Shown piece by piece: positions 15,491 to 29,588 of a stretch of DNA of 64,000 nt. Origin of the DNA: Octopus vulgaris (taxonomy: Eukaryota); assembly GCA_951406725.2 (NCBI GenBank), contig OX597834.1, forward strand, positions 29,202,001-29,266,000, given 5' to 3'. The notes under the pieces are model-generated. The model was not told where the DNA came from and searched no databases. It was given only the letters and a program-made list of their open reading frames with translations. Position 1 is the first letter of the stretch; each line of letters begins with the position of its first letter. The translations under genes and the position numbers were made by a program.

Positions 15491-15571
15491 ATGATATTGT
15501 TCAAAGAGGAATTTTCCTCCATTATTGATATCAGTTGTGCCCATTGTGTATATATATATTACACATATATC

Positions 15572-15606
<35 letters not shown>

Positions 15607-15635
15607 CTCTTTATATATATATATTTATATATATA

Positions 15636-15999
15636 CTCTTGACTGCGGCCATGCTGGAGCACCGCCTTTAGTCGAGCAAATCGACCCCGGGATTTATTCT
15701 TTGTAAGCCCAGTACTTATTCTATCGGTCTCTTTTGCTGAACCGCTAGGTGATGGGGATGTAAACACACCAGCATCGGTTGACAAGCAATGCTAGGGGGA
15801 CAAACACAGACACACAAACACACACATACATATATATACATATATACGACAGGCTTCTTTCAGTTTCCATCTACCAAATTCACTCACAAGGCATTGGTCG
15901 GCCCGGGGCTATTGCAGAAGACACTTGCCCAAGATGCCACGCAGTGGGACTGAACCCGGAACCATGTGGTTGGTTAGCAAGCTACCTACCACACAGCCA
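15636..15999 (-). mobile_element. SINE family A
   Basis: Reverse-complement match. Confidence 0.88.
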
Positions 16000-16034
16000 T
16001 ATATATGTTACATGTTGTTATATATACTCGCCTT

Positions 16035-16256
16035 AAGGCAGCGAGCTGGCAGACACGTTAGCACGCCGGGCGGAATGCTTAGCGGTATTTCATTCTGGGT
16101 TCAAATTCCTCCGAGGTCGACTTTGCCTCTCATCCTTTCGGGGGTCGATAAATAAAAGTACCAGTTTCACACTGGGGTCGATGTAATCGACTTAATCCCT
16201 TTGTCTGTCCTTGTTCATCCTCTCTATGTTTAGCCCCTTGTGGGCAATAAAGAAAT
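16035..16256 (+). mobile_element. SINE family B
   Basis: Match with a small deletion. Confidence 0.85.
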
Positions 16257-16371
16257 ATATATATACTCAATGTTGAACATTTTGCTTCTGCATAACTTAA
16301 AAGTTAAACTGTTTCACTAAGAAGACTTTAAAGGAGATGGAGAAATTAATCTCATCTTGAAGAATGAGGAG

Positions 16372-16695
16372 AGGGAGGAGAAGGAAGAGTGAGTGAGATA
16401 GAAAGAAAGAGACAAGTGTGAGATGGTGGGATAGAGAGGAGAAGGAAGAGTGAGATAGAAAGAAAGAGACAAGTGTGAGATGGTGGGATAGAGAGGAGAA
16501 GGAAGAGTGAGTGAGATAGAAAGAAAGAGACAAGTGTGAGATCGTGGGATAGAGAGGAGAAGGAAGAGTGAGTGAGATAGAAAGAAAGAGACAAGTGTGA
16601 GATTGTGGGATAGAGAGGAGAAGGAAGAGTGAGATAGAAAGAAAGAGACAAGTGTGAGATGGTGGGATAGAGAGGAGAAGGAAGAGTGAGATGGA
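16372..16695. repeat. Purine-rich minisatellite, 58-62-bp unit, about 5 copies
   Basis: Repeats of gagaggagaaggaagagtga(gtga)gatagaaagaaagagacaagtgtgagatggtgggata. Confidence 0.9.
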
Positions 16696-17550
16696 GAAAA
16701 AGAGAGAGAAAGACCAGTGTGAGGGGGGAAAGATAGAGAGAAGAGGTGGTTTGGTTGCTTAGGTGGACCATGGAGGAAAATATTGGCTTCAAATGTCAGA
16801 AATTTTGATGTAAATATCTGTTGTAAACAATAAGCAAGAGGCCATGATGACGATGATGATGATGCTGTTGGAGGTGGTAGTGATGATGATGATGTTAGTG
16901 GTGGTGGTGGTGTTGATGATGACAACAACAAGGACGAGGAGGAGGTAGCGATGATGGTGGTTGTGGTGGTGATGATGATAATGATAGTGCTGGTAATGAT
17001 GATGATGATGACCACAACGATGACGATGGTGATGATGATGACTATAATTGTTGATGTTGTTTAGCCCTTGGCCAGTCCTGTTTGAACAAACTTGTGATCA
17101 AAGACTTTCCAGCCTTGACGGTCTCTTGGTTTTTTTCCCAAAATGCAGGAAACACATGACAACACTGTTCAATCTGTTTTGTTTCTTTGATGACATGTTG
17201 TGATATGAGGGAGATTTGGCTGCTATTACTAACATGTTGAGTAACCACAGTGAAACAGTCTTGGTGGTCATTTGGTAAGGATTTCATCTTGTGAATTGGT
17301 GGTAATGATTATGTTGGTATTGAAAGCAAAACTTGTAATAGTAGATGTTAATGATGATGATGATGGTGAAGATGGTCGTGGTCGTTGTCATGGTGGTGGT
17401 GAAATGGGCGTTGCTGGTGTGTGGGGCAGCTTGTAGCCTTCCACCACTACCCACACCACCACTAATACCATGTGTGATTATTACCACTAAGGAATAATAA
17501 ACACAACAACAACAACGATAATGATAATACTGGTAATAATAATAATAATG

Positions 17551-17602
<52 letters not shown>

Positions 17603-18466
17603 TAATAATGATGATGATGATGATGATAATAATAATAATAATAACAACAACAATGAAATGAAAACAATAATCATTTAATACAACAACAACAGGATCATCA
17701 AGATAAGCAAGAACAATGTGGTGTTTGTACATGTATATAAATATATATATGGTATGTATATATATATGTGTGTGTGTGTGTGTGTATGTATGCATGTATG
17801 TGTATAAACACCTACATTCTGTAAAATTCCGATTCTCTGTTTGAGCGGATATTGTGAAATCTTATTGAGCATGTGATAAAAACTGATTTACGTTTCTTGT
17901 AGTGCTTAGGAGAGGATGAGAGATAGGAGAGGAGATTGGTTGGAGGTGGGCATGGAAGGAGGAAGGAGGAGTGGAAGACGTGTATGAAGAGATGGTGGTG
18001 GTAGTACTGGTGCGTTGTTAATGTTGATGGTGTTGGTGAGTTGGTTGTGATATTGACCACAATGATGATGATGTTGATGATGTTGATGGGGATAATGTTG
18101 ATGATGTTGATGGGGATAATGATGATGATGTTGATGATGTTGATGATGTTAATGGGGATAATGATGATGATGATGATGTTGATTACAAAGCAGCTGATGT
18201 AAGGACTAAAAAAACCGTTTTGGCTTCTTTTCGTAGTTGGTTTTATCCCAATCAATAAATCTCCCGATGACTCTCAAATATCGAACAGCAAATGTTTTAT
18301 GATTAATGAACTGAAATAATAATATATTCATGGTAATTACGATTAATTTTAGAAAATTTATTCATACTTTGATTCGTTTCATTTCATTATAGAGAATAAA
18401 TATACTAATGAGCATTTCATATACACACACAAATACACACACACATATATGTATGTGTGTATATTA

Positions 18467-18625
18467 GGGAAGGCACGTGGCTTAGTGGTTAGGGTAATCA
18501 GCTCACGATCATAAGGTTGTGGGTACAATACCCAGCAGTTTGTTTGTCCATGAGCAAGACATTTTATTTCATATCGCATCAGTCCACTCAGCTGTCAAAA
18601 CTTAGTTGTACCTGTAATTCAAAGG
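18467..18625 (+). mobile_element. Degenerate tRNA-derived SINE head
   Basis: tggcttagtggttaggg A box followed by tgagcaagac and cagtccactcagctg. Confidence 0.5.
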
Positions 18626-19379
18626 TTTTTTTAGTCCTTACATCAGCTGCTTTGTAATCAACATCATCATCGTCATCATTATCCCCATCAACATCATCAA
18701 CATCATCATCATTATCCCCATCAACATCATCAACATCATCAACATCATCATCATTTATCACAAAAATGCTATCACATCTTGCCTACCTAACAAAAGAGGA
18801 ATACACACACAGGCTTGTTTACAAAGTTCTAAATAACCCAAAATTTAATCAATTAAAATTTTTCCAAAACACCCTTCCACAACAACCAACCACAAAGACC
18901 TAATTGTCACCTCACTCAAACCCACACACCCAAAATGATTTTTAACTCGAGAAAGACTCTATAAACACAAGACTAACTCTGATGCATCACAGTCCAATGA
19001 TGGCTTAACTGGCCAAAACTTCAATGTCACTACCAACAACTTTTTTGTATAAGAATAATAAATTTATATTCTACAAAAATATAGAGTAACCAATCAGATT
19101 AAAGTAATGCTGTTTGCATTATAACTGAACATTAATAAATATGTGTGTGTGCATGTGTGTGTGCATGTGTGTGTGTTGTGTGTGTGTGTAGTTGGAGGAT
19201 GGTAATACCAATTTTGAAACTAAAATAACCAATTAAATCAGGAGTACAATACAATTAGTGTTGGAATAATAATAATGGTTCCAAATTTTGGCTCAAGGCC
19301 AGGAAGTTTGTGGCACAGGGTAAGTCAATTACATCGACCCCAGTGCTCAACAGGTACTTATTCTATCGACCTCAAAAGC

Positions 19380-20053
19380 CAGGCAAAATTCTGTTTTCTG
19401 CTGGAGAAAACAACAGCCGAAACAATTGTCATGCTTCAAACAGCTTACAAGGCTGCTGCCATAAGCAAAACACAAGCTTACAAGTGGTTTCCATGCTTTA
19501 GGAATGGTCACTCGTCACTTGAAAAACGACTTCATTCAATGCAACTGTCGACCTACCAAAGAAATGAAAACATCCAGAAAATTCCTGAGGACCATCACCA
19601 AACAATTGACAAACTTGTTGATATGACTGGTGTGTCCTGGAGCTCCTGCCAATGAATTTTGAGTGAGGAATTGTGAATGAAAAGAGTTCCAACAAAATTT
19701 GTGCCTTGATTGCTCATGGAAGAGCAAAAGCAGTAACAATTGAATGCCTGTTGTGAACCGAAAGAACAACTGGAAGTTGAACTGGACCTCTTTTTTTGAA
19801 GGTCATCACTGGTGATGAAAGCTGGTGCTATGGAATTTGCAGATGTGGAAGAGGTGAAAGAAAAACCAAAGGAGGCATTAAAAGACATCACTTTGTAAGA
19901 ATTCCAGCACCGTTTTGAACAGCGGAAAATGCAGCTGGACTGATGCATTGCTTGGAATGGAGAATACTTTGAAGGCAATAAAAGCGTAAACATGTAAAAC
20001 TAAGTGAATAGAATATTGCAAAATTCCGGTTTCTTTTGGGTACCCCCTTTGTA
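19380..20053 (+). mobile_element. Mariner transposon remnant with an internal deletion
   Basis: KFCFLLEKTTAETIVMLQTAY...YKWF..F.NG helix-turn-helix. KVITGDESWCY is joined directly to FADVEEVK...CIAWNGEYFEG. The right end is ttttgggtaccccctttgTA. Confidence 0.85.
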
Positions 20054-20782
20054 TAAACATACACACACATATATGTTCTTTTTTCTTCACTAGTTTCAGC
20101 TCAAGAGCAGTGGCCATTCTGGGGCACTGCTGCCATTACCACACCAGCTGCTGCAGCTACCGCAAGCATCTCCACCATCACCACCATACCTACAACCACC
20201 ACTACTTCCACCACCATCACATCCACCATCAACCACCACCATCAACCACCACCACCACCACCACCACCACCACCACCAAAACCATCAATCTCACTCTTTC
20301 AAATTCCATCACTCTTTATCAACAGATATTTTCCATTTGTGAAAATGTAAAATAGAACAAAAAGAAAAATAATTCCATTAAAATAAGTAAGCCTAGAATT
20401 AATTTATTGAAATTATTTTAAAATTCATTAAATATTTATTTACTTATTTATTTATTAAAATTTTCATTTTGCATTACTTCTTTTACTGTTTTTTCTTTTT
20501 GTTGTTCTACATGTATTTTATTATTTTTGATTCTTAATGAGAATATGCTCCTCTAATTAAACCATCATGTTTGCACATCTTCACACTTTGAGTGCCTACC
20601 CGCACCCTCCACTGTATCTCATACCCGCACACCCAACACCAGGCATTTTTAACACCACCTGCCCACCCCTTGCACCACCTGCTACATGTTACTTTGGTAG
20701 ATTCTGATGATTCAAGGAAAAGATGCAAATAGATGTAACACAATTTATTCGGGTGTCATAATGCCAACTGTTAGTCATATTA

Positions 20783-20828
<46 letters not shown>

Positions 20829-20860
20829 CATCATCATAATGACTATTTTGTTATTGTTAC

Positions 20861-20911
<51 letters not shown>

Positions 20912-21710
20912 CATAATGACTATTTTGTTATTGTTACTATTATTATTATTAGTAGTAGTAGTAGAAGTAATAGTTTTTGTGGTGGTGGTAGCAGTGGTAG
21001 TAAGGCAGTGAGGTGGCAGAATCGTTATTACGCTGGGCAAAATGCTGCTAAGCACTTTGTCTGTTTCTACTTTCTGAGTTCAAATTCCGCTGAGGTAAAC
21101 TTTGCCTTTTGGGGCTCGATCAATAAAGTACCAGCGAAACACTGGGGTCGATGTAATCAACTTGTTTCCCCCAACCCCCACCAAAAAAAAAATGTTTTTA
21201 ATTGCAGGCCTTGTGCCTTCAGCAGAAAGGGTTATTATTACTATTGTTGTTATGGCGAAGAATGTCCGAATACATTCATTATTGGAATATCAAAATAAAA
21301 CATTAGATTCGTATACCCACCTCAACTGCACTACACCCATATGCTATGCAAACATACACACATGCACATACACACACACACAAACACATACACACAGCTC
21401 ACCAAAAACAAACATACATTTATATAAACACTTTTAACTAGTTTCTATCATGCTGTGTGTACCTGCACATGTTCAGCTACCACCACCACCACCACCACCA
21501 CCACCACTGCCACCACCACCGCCATCACCACCACCATCACTACCACTACTTGCAGTTCTCTTGTCTTTGTTTTCTACTAAACTGATTTGCTGCATCTTTT
21601 GCACTTGTATGCATATATTCATGTATGCATATATATATATCTGTGCGTTGAATATATACACACAAATGTATATGCATACATGCACAAACAAACGTGTACA
21701 TACATACATG

Positions 21711-21757
<47 letters not shown>

Positions 21758-21780
21758 TACATATATACATACATACATGC

Positions 21781-21813
<33 letters not shown>

Positions 21814-21960
21814 CACAATACATGTACATCTATGTGTAAATATGTATGCATAAATTTGTACATGTATGTGTATATACATATGTATGTACTATCTGTGTGA
21901 ATGTGTATGTTTGTATGTGTATATGTGTACCTATGAAGATATGAATATGTGTGTGCATGT

Positions 21961-21991
<31 letters not shown>

Positions 21992-21995
21992 TATG

Positions 21996-22062
<67 letters not shown>

Positions 22063-22065
22063 TGG

Positions 22066-22115
<50 letters not shown>

Positions 22116-22119
22116 TATG

Positions 22120-22189
<70 letters not shown>

Positions 22190-22226
22190 CAGATAGATAG
22201 ATAGATAGATGGATGGATAGATAGAT

Positions 22227-22268
<42 letters not shown>

Positions 22269-22308
22269 GGATAGATGGATAGGTAGATAGATAGATAGAT
22301 AGATAGAT
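21961..22308. repeat. (GATA)n microsatellite; another at 42414-42580
   Basis: Seen directly in the sequence. Confidence 0.95.
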
Positions 22309-22725
22309 TGGTTTGACAGAGACAGACAGATGGAGAGTACTGAGGGAGAAAGAAAATGAGAGTTCAAAACTTCTTTTTGGCATCTATATTCACACATATA
22401 TATTTCTCTTTCTCGCTTTCTCTCCCTCTCTCCATCTCTTTCTCTCTCTTTGAGTGTGTGTGTGTGTGTGTGTGCTACTGTGTCTGTGTGCACGTGTCAA
22501 ATAACGAGTCTACATATGTTAACATGTAGACATTTTTATATATGATATTCAAGCACACGCTTGCGTATGTGTATCTTTGTATTTCATTTGTATATTTGTA
22601 TACACATACACACACATGTATGCATGTATGTATATTTATACAATATTCAAAACGATTCATTATAAGCAAACACAAAAAATTATGCCTATTAAAATCAATT
22701 ATCATTATATGTATGTAAGTGTATG

Positions 22726-22809
<84 letters not shown>

Positions 22810-23339
22810 TATATAAAAGACATTCGTACATGTTTACTTGAACAAATGATTGGAAATTTGTTGACCAATGTTGTGCTGTCTCTATTCTGTAATGGTGTTT
22901 CTAATAAGAATTCAAAATTTGATGTAATATCTTGACTGCTTTCAGAGTTTGGGAGGTGGAGGAGGAGGAGAAGGAGGAGGTTAAGAATGCCAAGCACCTG
23001 TGCTTACACTCACACACATGTAAGTATATAGAAACATCTAGACACATGCATATTAACACACAATTATATATACTCACATACATATGTGTGTGAATGTGCA
23101 TGCATCTATATATGTCTTTATTCAGTGTTATTTCAAGATTTCTTGCCAATAAGGAAAGAGACAGTTTCTAATCTAGATCCAAGGCTCTTTCATAGGAATT
23201 TCAACATTAACAACAACAAGGTATTTTTGTATGTAGGTAGGTAGTATTTGGAGGGAGTCAGTGCATGTGCAATTTTGTATATTTTGTTTTATGTATGTCT
23301 TCTCATACATATAGCTGTATGTCTAGATATATGAATATA

Positions 23340-23925
23340 GATTTCTTGGTTTTGAGAAGCTTAACCCTTTTGATACCAACCCGGCTAAAACCGTCTCTGG
23401 CTCTGAGTACAAATGTTTCGTTTCCATAAGTTTTGAATTGAAATTTTCCACCAAACCTTAGTCTCAATTTATGTTCCTAACATTAACTTAATGATAACTA
23501 AGTTATTTTACTAAATTCTTTGTTATATTTAAAGTAATTGAAAGAAACACAGAATATCTCAAAATAAATACAGTAACGAAAGGGTTAATTTCTCAAGAAT
23601 GGTACTTAGGCAGTGCGTTACATATCCCAGTGCCCCAATAATTACAGGTATAAACCTGAACTTGGAATCTGAATAGAGTAACTGCAAATTTCTCAATAGT
23701 TCGGTGTAGGTATTCTCATTTTCATTAATCTTCAGCTTTATGTTAACATCCGCTAGGCAGCTGATTTCCACAACTGTACACAGTTTCTCTTCTCTATCTC
23801 AAATCACCATGTCAGGTCTATTATGTGTACATTTTATTGAGGTTTTCACTGGAATATTCCACCAGTACTCCTTCTTATTATGAGTGGGTATGGCTTGTAC
23901 CACACGGCGGGTTCTTATTTCTTTG
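23340..23925 (-). mobile_element. Non-LTR retrotransposon restriction-like endonuclease fragment (R4/Dong-like), interrupted by the MITE
   Basis: EYWWNIPVKTSIKCTHNRPDMVI*DREEKLCTVVEISC...FIPVIIGALGYV (PD-(D/E) RLE motif). Confidence 0.75.
23365..23584. mobile_element. piggyBac-type MITE with TTAA target-site duplication
   Basis: TTAA|cccttttgatac ... gtaacgaaaggg|TTAA (TIR match 10/12). Removing it restores the host LINE frame ILEKL-SFSKPRN. Confidence 0.8.
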
Positions 23926-24120
23926 TCTGTTCTTCAGTTGTGTTGTTGATGTTACCATGTTCAGCCATGTTGTTTGTAGAAAGTTTCAGTCGAAAATCAT
24001 TACAATCTTGAATAAACGGCTCCTCCAGCTTCAAAGCTGGAGATAGTATTTGTCATATTTTTGATAAATAGTCTCTCACACCAAATACACAACTTGTTGC
24101 TTCAAGTGTATGTATGTATG

Positions 24121-24149
<29 letters not shown>

Positions 24150-24152
<3 letters not shown>

Positions 24153-24566
24153 ACAAAACCTGTCAAAGGGCGGAGGAACTCTTGAGAGTCAATGGCCATC
24201 CAATAAATGTCTTAAGGCTTTATTATGTGCGGGGACATAGAAATAATTGGACTGAATACCCGATCGCGCGGTTAAACCATTGGGAGTGAAGGACTCCTAG
24301 CCTTTGTTAGGGCATCCTTCTAGGAGAAGGTAACTCAGGTAACTGGGATAACTCCGACATAAAACCTGCGGCTCAGCGGTTACCGATGATGTTGACTTGT
24401 TCTTCTTTTCGGATTATGGCTGCTGTTGCTTAGTGAGTGGGATTGACTCAGTGCACAGCCTTTCCTCACTTTAAAAAAAATCTTCTTGCACAGGCATTAC
24501 ACGATAACAACATTGATTAAGCTTTGTGCAATGGTCATACTCGATAATGAGGGGGCAGCCACCATG
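24150..24566 (+). mobile_element. Probable RTE-derived non-autonomous element in (TATG)n
   Basis: agggcatccttctaggagaaggtaactc resembles RTE 5' UTR motifs. (TATG)n lies on both sides and there is no ORF. Confidence 0.4.
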
Positions 24567-24999
24567 TATGTATGTGTGTGTGTGTGTGTGTGTGTGTACG
24601 TATGTATGTCACTCTGAGCAGCACACACTTTCCAACAGTCTATCTATAGTCCCAAAAGCACCTCGTGAGTGTCCATAGTTTACACTGACTACAACATAAG
24701 CAAACATAGTTTCTGCATATTCTCCTTGATGGTAGCAGAGCCTTATCTTTTGCCCTACTTACTCAAACTTTAGCCTTTATTTCGAGGCCCTTCAAATCTA
24801 GTTTTAACTTGCATATTTGAGATTTCTTCTCAAGATCTCCTCCAGATTCTGCCATGAGAGCTAAATAACCAGCATACAAAGGTTCCTATGTATTGCTGAT
24901 TTTAAGCTCATCTTTTAAAACCTGAAAAATTAAATGTAAACAAAACACTCTACACTGAGGATTCTGTTTCTCTAATGCCCTTGTATATCAAGCATCCAC

Positions 25000-25330
25000 A
25001 ATGCCCCTAAAAGGTATTGAAAGACTCATTTGAGCTCTAAGGGTCATTATTACAAATATCTTCAAGCGCACAAATCAAAAGATAAGAATTCTATGTCCCT
25101 GTCCCAATTCATCTGGAAACTCAAGATCTCAGAATCTCAAAGCACTTTAAATACATAATCATTCTAAGCTTTGCCTAAACGTAAAGTTCTAGATATTAAA
25201 GCAGCTAACACTATTACTTCATTGAAGGTCAGATGTATGCTCAAAGTGTTGGCATTGGAGAAGGTTTCTTCTAGAAAGGTTCTAGTCAACAGAAATCAGA
25301 CACACTTACACAATATTGTAACTATCAAGT
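25000..25330 (+). pseudogene. Decayed PLE GIY-YIG fragment
   Basis: The frame from 25021 reads ...YYKYLQAHKSKDKNSMSLSQFIWKLK, which parallels FNNHTLSFRHWNKRKATQLSNHIWSLR in the 47.7-kb element. It is interrupted by stops and frameshifts. Confidence 0.45.
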
Positions 25331-25699
25331 TTAATGAGCTACGTGGAGTGATTGCCTTTGATGACCCAGCCTCGAAGGGAACAGTAACCTAATAATAATA
25401 TCAACCTGAAACACAAATAACCAAAACGGACTGATCTACCTGTTGCATTGCAAACATGGTTTTATGCACTGTGGAGTAGCTGATCAACCACACCTATACA
25501 GAAAGAATGTGAAATCCTGGGCAACAACAGAGCGAGTGGCACCAACAATTTCTCAATACACACACATGCACACATACATGTATAGGTGTCTATCTGGCAT
25601 GGTACTGCATATACCAAGTTATTGTACGCCTTATTGTACTCTTTGTAATTTTACCCATTGGATAAGTTCAGTTGGAATATACTGTGGTCAACACCTACA

Positions 25700-25759
<60 letters not shown>

Positions 25760-25761
<2 letters not shown>

Positions 25762-26187
25762 TCTTTTTTTTTTTACTCTTTTTACTTGTTTCAGTCATTT
25801 GACTGTGGCCATGCTGGAGCACCGCCTTTAGTCGAGAAAATTGACCCCAGGACCTATTCTTTTTGTAAGCCCAGTACTTATTCTATCGGTCTCTTTTGCT
25901 GAACCGCTAAGTTACGGGGACGTAAGCACACCAGCATCGGTTGTCAAGCGATGTTGGGGGGACAAACACAGACACACAAACACACACACACATATACATA
26001 TATATATATATATATACATATATACGACAGGCTTCTTTCAGTTTCCGTCTACCAAATCCACTCACAAGACTTTGGTCAGCCCGAGGCTATAGTAGAAGAC
26101 ACTTGCCCAAGGTGCCACGCAGTGGGACTGATCCTGGAACCATGTGGTTCATAAGCAAGCTACTTACCACACAGCCACTCCTACGCC
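25760..26187 (-). mobile_element. SINE family A
   Basis: Reverse-complement full-length match. Confidence 0.9.
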
Positions 26188-26404
26188 TATATATCTATAA
26201 ATATATATATATAATATATATACTACTCCTCTCTTGAGCAGCTCGAAATGAGGAGTAGATAGGCAGCCGACAACTGATGAAGGGTCGCTCTTTATGTTAC
26301 TTGTCCTGTTTTCCATTTGTTTCTCTTGCTTGCATACTGAACTCATTTGTCTTCATATTTCTTGCTGTTTGCTGTTGGTGAAGTCCTGTACCCATATATG
26401 CATA

Positions 26405-26435
<31 letters not shown>

Positions 26436-26495
<60 letters not shown>

Positions 26496-26509
26496 GTTAT
26501 TATTATTAA

Positions 26510-26558
<49 letters not shown>

Positions 26559-26592
26559 GTTATTATTATCATCATCATTATTATTATTATTA

Positions 26593-26657
<65 letters not shown>

Positions 26658-26730
26658 GTTGTTATTATTATTATTATTATTATTGTTATTATTATCATCA
26701 TCATCATCATTATTATTATTATTATTATTA

Positions 26731-26792
<62 letters not shown>

Positions 26793-26874
26793 GTTATTAT
26801 TGTTGTTATTATTATTATTATTATTATTGTTATTATTATCATCATCATCATCATTATTATTATTATTATTATTA

Positions 26875-26945
<71 letters not shown>

Positions 26946-26979
26946 GTTGTTATTATTATTATTATTATTGTTATTGTTA

Positions 26980-27038
<59 letters not shown>
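26436..27038. repeat. ~600-bp (ATT)n microsatellite with ATC/GTT interruptions
   Basis: Seen directly in the sequence. Confidence 0.95.
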
Positions 27039-27116
27039 TGATTGAACGCCACACATCCATTTCCAAGTAAGTTTATATATATAAATTGATATACACACAT
27101 ACATCTCTAAACACAC

Positions 27117-27168
<52 letters not shown>

Positions 27169-27900
27169 ACATACTTAAGCATATGCACATAACATCTCTA
27201 AATACATAATACATGACCCCACGAGGCAGATATATATATATATATATATATAAGGTGAAAGCAAAGTGGGACTCAGAAAGCAAATGAAACAAATGTCCAT
27301 CTGTTCTTGACCAGTAAATGAGGGCACAATTTCAGCAAGATCAACAAACAATTGTTTTTCCTGCCAAACTTTGAAAAGATCTTTTGGTCCAAGCAGAATT
27401 TAGAAAGTGTTGCAACTGACATTTTTGGTTTATACAAATAAAAATAGAGAAAATATAAAAAAAAAAAAAAGAATTGTTGGATTTTGTTTTTCTTCTTTGA
27501 TTTTGTAAGCATGTTTGATATATTAAGTAGGGAAAGAGGGAGAAAGAGAGAGAGAAAGAAAGAGTGGAAAAGAGGGAAGGAGAAACTGAGAAAGAGAGAG
27601 AGAGAGAGTGTATGTGTTTGTTCACCCTTCCCTGAATGCCAACACCGCTTCTACGATGAATGCAAAAATCACCACAACTGCACACAGCCAGCCTAAAGGG
27701 AGGTCAGATTTCATGTGATATTGTCATGTGTCTTGCTACACATACACATGCATGTAAATACATATACATACATGTTATGTGCAAGTGTGTGTGTGAATAT
27801 ATATGTATATATACATACACACACATATGTATACAGACGCCTGTATACAGACACATGTATAGACACACATACAACTGTTCATGTATATAAATATGTATGC

Positions 27901-27970
<70 letters not shown>

Positions 27971-29293
27971 ATATATATATATATATATATGTATGTAGTT
28001 ACACACACACATACACACATATAGATAGATAGATAGATAAATATATGTATGCATGTATGTATATATGTATACACAGATACGCATACATACTTATATGTAT
28101 ATATGTATGTATTAATACACACACACACACAGACACATATATATGTCTGTGTATGTTTGTGTATTTATCATCATCATCGTCATCATCATCATCATCACCA
28201 TATATATAAATATACACGCACACACACACACGTTAATAGGTAAGTACATACACACGAAAGATGCACAATACATAAGCATGCAAACTTCTGCTGATAACAC
28301 AAGCAAAGACTCTTCATTACTTTTCAAATCACATCTTAAATGCTGCATACTTGTTTACATCATAGACATCATAAATATATATATATATATACACATACAT
28401 ACACACATGTGTGTAGTGTTAGAAGTAGTGACCATTTTGCAGTTTTACACAAATATACATACACTTGCACCTTCACACACACACACACACACACTCATAT
28501 ATATACACACAAACATTCCTAAATGTATATGTATACGCACAGATGGTTGTGTGTATGTGAAAAAAGAGAGGCAAATGTTTGATTTGCTACCCTGTATAAA
28601 TATATACACCCATGAGCACATACATACACATGCATATAGGCAGGTTATACACTCACATATCCATAAACATATATATATATATGTATACAGACATAGACTC
28701 ATTCATACATACAAACGGACATATATACATACATGCATACATACACACATGCATATATAGATATATGTATATACATACATATATACAAGTACATACACAC
28801 ATACATACATGTGGAGTGTGCATGTGGCAAAGAGAACAAAGACCAGCAAATATATAAACACATGCATGATAGTATATCTGAGACAATATGTCAGTAAAGG
28901 TATGAAGAGAGTAAACAGAGCAGGAGGGAAAGAGAGAGAGAGAGAGAGACAGAGAGAGAGAGAGGGGGGATATACTGAGGGATAGATAGATAAATAGGTG
29001 GACAGAGACCAATAGATGCATGTGTGTGTGTGAGTGTATGTGTGTGTGTGTGTGTGTGTACACATATAGGTAGAAAAACAACAGATAGACAAATAGACAA
29101 ATAGACAGACAGACAGATAGATAGATAGAGATGGGAAATGAGGAAAATAAAAGTTTAGAGGTTTAGCAAAACATTCATAAATACACTTCTACATACAAAC
29201 GTACAGAATTAAAAAGGAAACAACGGATACGACAAATACACACACACATGAGCACACATGCATGTGTATATATATATATATATATATATGCGC

Positions 29294-29335
<42 letters not shown>

Positions 29336-29360
29336 ATGTATATATATATATGTATATATG

Positions 29361-29395
<35 letters not shown>

Positions 29396-29530
29396 ATGTA
29401 TATATATATATGTATATATGTATGTATATATATATATATATATATGCGCATGTATATATATATATGTATATATGTATGTATATATATATATATATATATA
29501 TGTGCATGTATATATATATATGTATATATG

Positions 29531-29588
<58 letters not shown>

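Noticed and set aside
16372-16695. Regularly spaced repeats as a CRISPR array (also 39332-39762)
   Set aside because: The units are contiguous with no unique spacers, and the context is eukaryotic.
26297-27188. Poly-N, poly-I and poly-L ORFs
   Set aside because: They are translations of the (ATT)n microsatellite.
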